64,000 bases of DNA. Origin: Octopus vulgaris. Its lineage: Eukaryota. Shown piece after piece: positions 56,458 through 64,000 of the stretch (position 1 is the stretch's first letter; every line of letters begins with the position of its first letter). The translations under genes were made by a program, and so were the position numbers. The DNA lies in NCBI GenBank assembly GCA_951406725.2, contig OX597818.1:112406001-112470000 (forward strand), read 5' to 3'. Under the pieces are notes generated by a model. It searched no databases and was not told the DNA's origin. It saw only the letters and a list, made by a program, of their open reading frames with translations.

Positions 56458-56630
56458 CAGAGAGCAAGCAGAACATTTAGCAAGCTGAGTACTGTGCTTA
56501 GCAGCATGTCGTCCGTATTTCTGTTCCGAGTTCAAATATAACCGCGGTCGAATTTACCTTTCACTTTTTCGATTCGATAAAATAAGAACCCGTTGAACAC
56601 ATTTCCCCGAATTTGTTGTGACTTAAGAAT
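56458..56630 (+). mobile_element. SINE family A
   Basis: gttccgagttcaaatataaccgcggtcgaatttacctttcac. Confidence 0.75.
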
Positions 56631-57792
56631 TAAAATAATAGATAGTATTTAGATTTTTTTCATAAGCGAATTATTTTGGAAATTATGATAAATATTTCGA
56701 AAAGTACCGAATGGGGATCGCTGTAAAAGAGCAGATTTCTATTCCATTGTATTAATAAGCATTGTAGTTTTTTTTTCTGAAACTATGGCATCAAATGCGA
56801 ATGTGTATGAAATATCAATGAATGATTTAAATGGGAAATGCAAAAAAGAGCAAGTTTCCAAAACAGGCAATATTTTTGTAGTCCAAAAATTGCAATTTAT
56901 GACATGAAATGTTCTCTAGAATTACCCAGAGCTAATAATTACAAACTTTAGCTTCACATCAAAACGGTAGAGGAGTAGGGCCGAAACCGGGCGTGGTTCC
57001 TCCTGATGATATCTTATGCTAACTGGATCCTATAAAGGAGCTGTTGTGGTAGCAAACCACGAAACACGGTTGAAATTCCTTCCTTTCTTCCCACACCTCT
57101 GGAAATGCAGCAATTTACTTTAAATGCAAGGAACAGCCGGTAGTGAAACTGTTTTTTATCAGATCCCCAAATGAGGCTCATGGCAGGCAATGGTTTCTTT
57201 ACGGATATATTGTCAAAGTAAAACTTGAAAGAGTGTACATTGTATACAGTTGGAAAAATCGGGTGAAATTATGCTGAAGGCAATTTCACTAATGGAACTG
57301 CCAGTCATTGCCAGATGGAAGAAACAGTTCTGAGAATTGCTACATCGATTGGGAGTAGGCTTAATTTAAGAAAACGACAACTGGTATTTTTGAAGATTTC
57401 TTTCATGGTTACATATCCAACTTACTGACATTTTAATTAAATTAATTGTTTTGATTAGCAAAACCAAAACTAGTGTAATTGCATTCATCGCTTTATTTCC
57501 CATTCGTTTGTTTCTCCGAGATCAAACTCCTTTTAATTAGTGAGATGCTACAATGCGTAATGAATATTGATTTCTTTGAGGATGTCATTATATACATATA
57601 CCTATATACAGGCATATTTATATACAAGGATGTATCAAGGTATGTATACATGAATATACCTGAAAGTATACTTGAGTACAGGAACATAGCAATCGTACAG
57701 GTGACGGATTTTCGGAACTGCTACAGCTTAAAATTATATGCCGAGTGAGTGCATTTCAGGGGCGTAAAGAATCCGGTTGCATATGATGTATA

Positions 57793-57837
<45 letters not shown>

Positions 57838-57974
57838 CCATTGAAACTAAACTACTTGCCGCTTTTGCTACTTCCCAAAACCAAACCCTCTCTGAATAAT
57901 CACCTACGTGTTCCAGAAATAATTAATATATAACTCCACATATTCTCCACAAAGGAAGTAAGTTACATTCATTA

Positions 57975-58199
57975 ATACTACCCACAAGGGGCTAAACGAA
58001 GAGAGGAAAAACAAGGACAGACAAACGGATTAAGTCGATTCCATCGACCCCAGTGCTTAACTGGTACTTAATTTATCGACCTCGAAAGGATGAGGGGGCA
58101 AAGTCGACCTCGGCAGAATTTGAACACAGAACGTAACGGCAGACGAAATACCGCTAAGCATGTCGCCTGGCATGCTAACGTCTCTGCCAGCTCGCGCCA
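57975..58199 (-). mobile_element. SINE family A (well conserved, alternative tail)
   Basis: Full head and core; tail tccgtttgtctgtccttg...tagccccttgtggg. Confidence 0.9.
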
Positions 58200-59211
58200 T
58201 AGTAGAATACCAACCTGTTACATAGTGGGGCTCAACCTGGAACAATATGGTTAGGAAGCAAATTTCTCACCATAGTGACACGCCAGCGCCTACTTCAGAT
58301 GTTTTCTTGAGAAATGTAGCGAGTGCTTTTTTAGCCTCATTTAATCCAAGTAAATAAGCTTACATTTTACAGTCATGTGCGAAATAAGTGAAAGTGGATC
58401 CGTAAAAGAAAGGGATATACTAATTAATGCAGTTAATCTTGCCAGCCATTTTAGGGCATTCTTCTGCTGTTTTCAACTATATCTTATTACCAATATTAAA
58501 AAATTAAATCCTTTAGACAATTCGAACCTGCTTACATCATTATATAATTTGAAACATGATACATTCAAAACCACCATTGTCCATTCCTACTATTATAGAA
58601 TTTCCATTTTGTTAATCCAACTGATACCATTCAAAACGATAGAGAAACATAATGAGAGATAAAAGAGTTATTCAAAAGACCGATTATACATCTAACATTG
58701 CCTAAAAATTTACTTCCATTTTTCTGTAGATTTTATGTATATATATATATGACATATTTTTTTCCACAGAGACCCGAAACAATGTAGTCACCGCTTCATT
58801 ATATAAAACGAAGAATATTAAAATATACGGTTCATTTCTAATTTTCCAGTTAATAGTTTGATAAGTCTTATATACAAAAGAAGATATAAAAGGAAGGCGG
58901 TGAAGAGTTTTATAGCTTTCTATCAATAAATTTCAGCTGGGGGATTACATGGATGAATCACCGACAGTGTGTAATATTTACAACCAGCAAAGCGAATATT
59001 AGTTATCTCACTCGTATGGTTTCATTTTCCCAAAGACATATGATGTTTCAATTGTTTTTTATGCTTGGTGTTGAGTGGAATGACACAAAAGATTCTTTAG
59101 CATAAAGCTTATTGGACGCACACACACATCACATACACACACACAGATATTCGCCCACACACACACACGCCTAGATTCAAGCATACAAACAGCAGTCTAT
59201 ATGCTCGTGTA

Positions 59212-59350
<139 letters not shown>

Positions 59351-59522
59351 TGCATATTATTGAATAGTTTATTCATTTGTATAACAAGAATTTAAATTTA
59401 ATTATCAACACTTATTTAGAAAGAAATTATAACGTGCCTAGAACCAGAATTTTGTATCACACTGCCTGTCAGTATACACACATACACTCTCTCTCACACA
59501 CACACACACATACACACACACA

Positions 59523-59563
<41 letters not shown>

Positions 59564-59694
59564 ACACACTCATGTATGTATATTGTATATGCGTGTGTCT
59601 GTCTGTGTACTTATATACATACAATGTAAGTGGTGTTCGAAGACATAATTTTAAAATTAATTATGTCTGCTATAGGCACACTTTCTAAAAGTTT

Positions 59695-59860
59695 CTTGAG
59701 GTGGTAGTCGATTTCATGGACCACAGTGCTTAACTTGTGTATAGTTTATCGTCCCCGAAAGGATAAAATGTAAACTCGACATCCACGTCATTTGAGCTCG
59801 GTGCAACCGCGAGAAACCCTACTAAGCTTTTCGTGCAGTATTTTACATTTCTGCCGCTCT
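59695..59860 (-). mobile_element. SINE family A, decayed
   Basis: tttatcgtccccgaaaggataaaatgtaaactcgac. Confidence 0.6.
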
Positions 59861-59959
59861 CACACTGTAATTGCTAGTTTTGTAAAACATCTTCAATCTG
59901 GCAAGAGCTAAATTTCTTTTAATAAATCTTTGTGCCGAGATTTTCGGCGAGATTGCTTA

Positions 59960-60560
59960 TGAGAATATTCTATGGGTCCATCTTTAGCATGGACGATGGC
60001 TGCAGTGAGGGACCGGAATCTTTGACAAACTTACATTAAGTGCTATTCACTTCAACCAAGATAGTCCTTAATTAATATATGGTATTGTTAAGATGTGGAT
60101 TAGTCTCCTTTTCAAAGACGCGCGAAACTTAGTCGTCCATTGATTTAAAATCTGGTAAAAGTGAAGCTACAAATTCGGTGTCATGTGATCGAGAAGATAA
60201 TGGCGCATCCATTGTTGGGATAATTCGGATTTGGGAGAAGCTGCTAATCTTGTTACAGACGTATTCGTTTTAATACGTGCTTCTTCCACTCCAATTTTAA
60301 TAACTCCAGCACATCAACACATCCAACAAGATTTATTTTAAGGCCTTGTTGAAATTAGTGAGGTTGTATGACATTAACTTGATTACACAACAAGTCCTAA
60401 AACCATCAACATTGCTGGAAAATTAATGTGACTTTTCCTGGAGATTTGAGAAAGATCTGCACATAATCGTAATTTCTACCCTTAGATTCTGGGTTGAATA
60501 GTTTTCGTATCAGAGAAGAACCACAGTCAGCCATTTTCGTGACGGTATTTTAAACACATT
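59960..60560 (-). mobile_element. Decayed maT/DD37D-like transposase
   Basis: LWFFSD...FPAMLMVLGLV...QQGLKIN...PDFKSMDD*V...EKETN, collinear with the 16629-17515 transposase. Confidence 0.7.
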
Positions 60561-60996
60561 AGGTAACCGCTTGGTACGGATCAAATGATTATTCTAAAGT
60601 CTGAAGACCTGAATTTGGCCTCTCCTCATCATATACAACTTCTATATCATGTCTTGTGTCTATGTATGTGAACGGGTAAATATAAAAAATAGTTAATGTG
60701 CAAAACTATTTCAATGTCGCATTTAAGAAACTTACCCTATCATTTGTTTTTGACAGAATTTCAGTCAACTATACACTAGCGATCATCGTAGAACGCAGGC
60801 AAGTTCTAGGCATTGTAATAATTACAATGTGTGTAATAATTACAACAAACTGGGGAGCTCTTTGCTAGTAACAGATACAAAATAATCCGAACGCAAAGTA
60901 ATTATGTAAATATTTAAACAATTCATAAAATGCTATCAGTCGTAAAATTCATTAATATAATTGTTAAAATACATACTCATACAACATAGCGTAACC

Positions 60997-61688
<692 letters not shown>

Positions 61689-62602
61689 ATAACACGGGAA
61701 ATTGATTCCACCATATTCTTCTTATTATTATTATCGAATGAATACTTATATTTTTGATAGGATTATTTAGATTTCCATGGAAGATTGTAGCATCATTATG
61801 GCAATTATTTGTATCCCTTAGAGTTTTCTGACTAATTAATCTGATCTTAGGCTTAATTGATATTATTAATTTATATTTGATTGTTAGGAAAATGTTTCAC
61901 AAGGGACATCTCAAGTCTGCATCTTTATCAAACCACATCATTCTCTTCTCAATCAATATAATTCTAAATAAAATACTTCTAACAATTTTAACATACAACA
62001 ACTCATCACAAAAGTATTATTTGAAGTTAGTGAACATTTTTCTGTAGAATCTGTTGTCTTCTTCGGACATACTTTAAGAATATTAATTGTGTTTTAGCTT
62101 ATTTAAATTTCTTAATATCATATCTGCGATTATTTTCCAATGCTTGGAAATTCTGAATACCGGGTTTAAATGTTTCAGGATATTCGCTAGTCAGTGACCC
62201 CTTTCTTATATTCTACCAACAGACTAGCGAGTCAGTCACAGTGTCGTTTTAGGTGCCTACTTCCGTCTCGTATGCCTTCATTTTCTCTATCTTTATATAA
62301 CGTATATTCCGCAACATGAAGGATAGTCTACATTAAAGTTTCGAAATCCCGTACAGTCATGTGTAAGTCTGTGTATTCTTATCCAAAATGGAAACAAATA
62401 CCCAACGGTTGAACAAGAGTAAAGATACCGCCTTACATGAAAACATTGCTTCCTTTGTTAACCCAAAGGTAGAGAAAATTTATCCACCAATGCTATGTTG
62501 AACACTCATTCTTCCTGTTCGAATAGAGTGTATATATACATGTGTACGTATGTGTATGTACGTGCGTGTGCGTATGTGTGTGCGTGCGCATGTATGTATA
62601 TA

Positions 62603-62839
62603 CAGGGTTGGCTAAATGTCATCCAACAGTAAATCAAAATTCCATTTTTACTTAATATTCAATTTATTTATTCATCTTAATTATGAATGTTTAATAATTG
62701 AATGCTGTGAGCTAAATCACCGTTTGTTCTTCAACATTTGTCAACTTATTGGCGAAGTCTCACATAAAATAATGTTTTTGTTTTAATCTTGGAATGAAAT
62801 GGGTTTAATCAACTATCAGGTGACTTTTGGCCAAACCTG
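62603..62839. mobile_element. Tc1/mariner-derived MITE
   Basis: TIRs cagggttggctaaatgtcatcc / ggtgacttttggccaaacctg; TA on both sides. Confidence 0.8.
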
Positions 62840-62841
62840 TA

Positions 62842-62898
62842 TTCTTTTATTCTTTTACATGTTTCAGTCATTTGACTGTGGCCATGCTGGAGCACAAC
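62842..62898 (-). mobile_element. SINE family B tail-only fragment
   Basis: tgtttcagtcatttgactgtggccatgctggagcac. Confidence 0.7.
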
Positions 62899-63479
62899 CT
62901 GCATAGATTATTTAGATTGTAGTTATTTCCAGTTTAAAAGACAGACCTATGCAGTTCTGGTCATGGAATAGAAATGAACCTGCAAGTACAAACGCACATC
63001 TTAAAATATCTTTGTTAAGCTGTACTTTGTGTCTGCACTTTTACCTACAGAGATGAGGAAAACCACGCTCTGTGCCACGGATGGGCAACGGACTGCTGAT
63101 AAACACAGAGCAAATATCGCATCTTGATACGCATAGCGAATATGATCTGTTGAAGAAGTTCTTTCTATGTCGAACGAGCTTTGTATGTATCACATACATC
63201 ACACGGCAGTGCTATACCTACTTCTGGGATTTCTGAACTACCTTAAATATTATCTTAGATTTCATATTTATGTTTCTTTTATCATTCTTACTCGTATTAG
63301 TCATTAGATTGCGTCATTGTTGGGGCACCACCTTGAATCTAGTGATTTAACTGCAGTATTTGTTTTATTTGTACGCCTGCCACTTAGTCTATCTTTCTCC
63401 TCCGCTGAACTAATAGGCTGTCAATTGGTGGTAGGGAAGAAACACAGACACAAGCACACCCACACACTCACAAGCAAAT

Positions 63480-63512
<33 letters not shown>

Positions 63513-63599
63513 TATAATAATAACAGTTTAATAAATAAAACATATGCATACATACATATATGTACATACCTACATCTATATGTATATATACATGCATAT

Positions 63600-63762
63600 A
63601 GGTATACAGGACACCACAAATAAACGTAGAACACAACGAGATACAAAAACATAAAAACAAACAAGGAAATGGACTTTTTTTACAACGAAAAAACAGAGTA
63701 CAAGACAAACAATACAAGGAATATTCCCCTTCATCAGCTGCCCCTGTTTCGACTCAATGCGT

Positions 63763-63765
<3 letters not shown>
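63600..63765. mobile_element. Probable Penelope-like terminal fragment
   Basis: A-rich segment ending ccccttcatcagctgcccctgtttcga between microsatellites; judged by resemblance only. Confidence 0.3.
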
Positions 63766-63804
<39 letters not shown>

Positions 63805-63819
63805 TCTCTTTTACTCTTT

Positions 63820-64000
63820 TACTCTTTTACACTTTTACTTGTTTCAGTCATTCGACTGCCGCCATGCTGGAGCGCCAGCTTTAGTTTAGCAAATCGACCC
63901 CAGGATTTATTCTTTGTAAGCCTAGTACTTATTTTATCGGTCTCTTTTGCCGAACCGCTAAGTTACGGGGACGTAAACACACCAGCATCTTTTGTCAAGC
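63820..64000 (-). mobile_element. SINE family B (cut by window edge)
   Basis: Close match to 7370-7540. Confidence 0.9.

Noticed and set aside
57003-57075. CTGATGA...GAAAC hammerhead-like motif
   Set aside because: Stem II base is mismatched and stem I is only 2 bp

Overview
AT-rich eukaryotic DNA dense in microsatellites ((TA)n, (CA)n, (ATT)n, (CTAT)n, (GA)n). The repeat families look like those of octopus genomes (my recognition, not a database result). No intact host gene, RNA gene or CRISPR array is supported. The window reads as intronic or intergenic DNA made of decayed mobile elements: three groups of tRNA-headed SINEs, non-LTR fossils (CR1/L2-like, RTE, R4/Dong-like, Penelope-like), Tc1/mariner elements and MITEs, a non-autonomous Helitron and a solo LTR. 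Almost all ORFs in the track are microsatellite or TE artefacts. Notable structures: (1) recurrent fold-back hairpins, two paired with inverted duplications of neighbouring DNA (52.8-53.3 kb, 61.0-61.7 kb) and one holding a near-intact hammerhead ribozyme motif beside a Penelope-like RT (15.3 kb); (2) two LINE-SINE pairs sharing 3' tails; (3) three co-oriented R4/Dong-like 3' ends stacked in (TAA)n. Boundaries of decayed elements are approximate and were read by eye.
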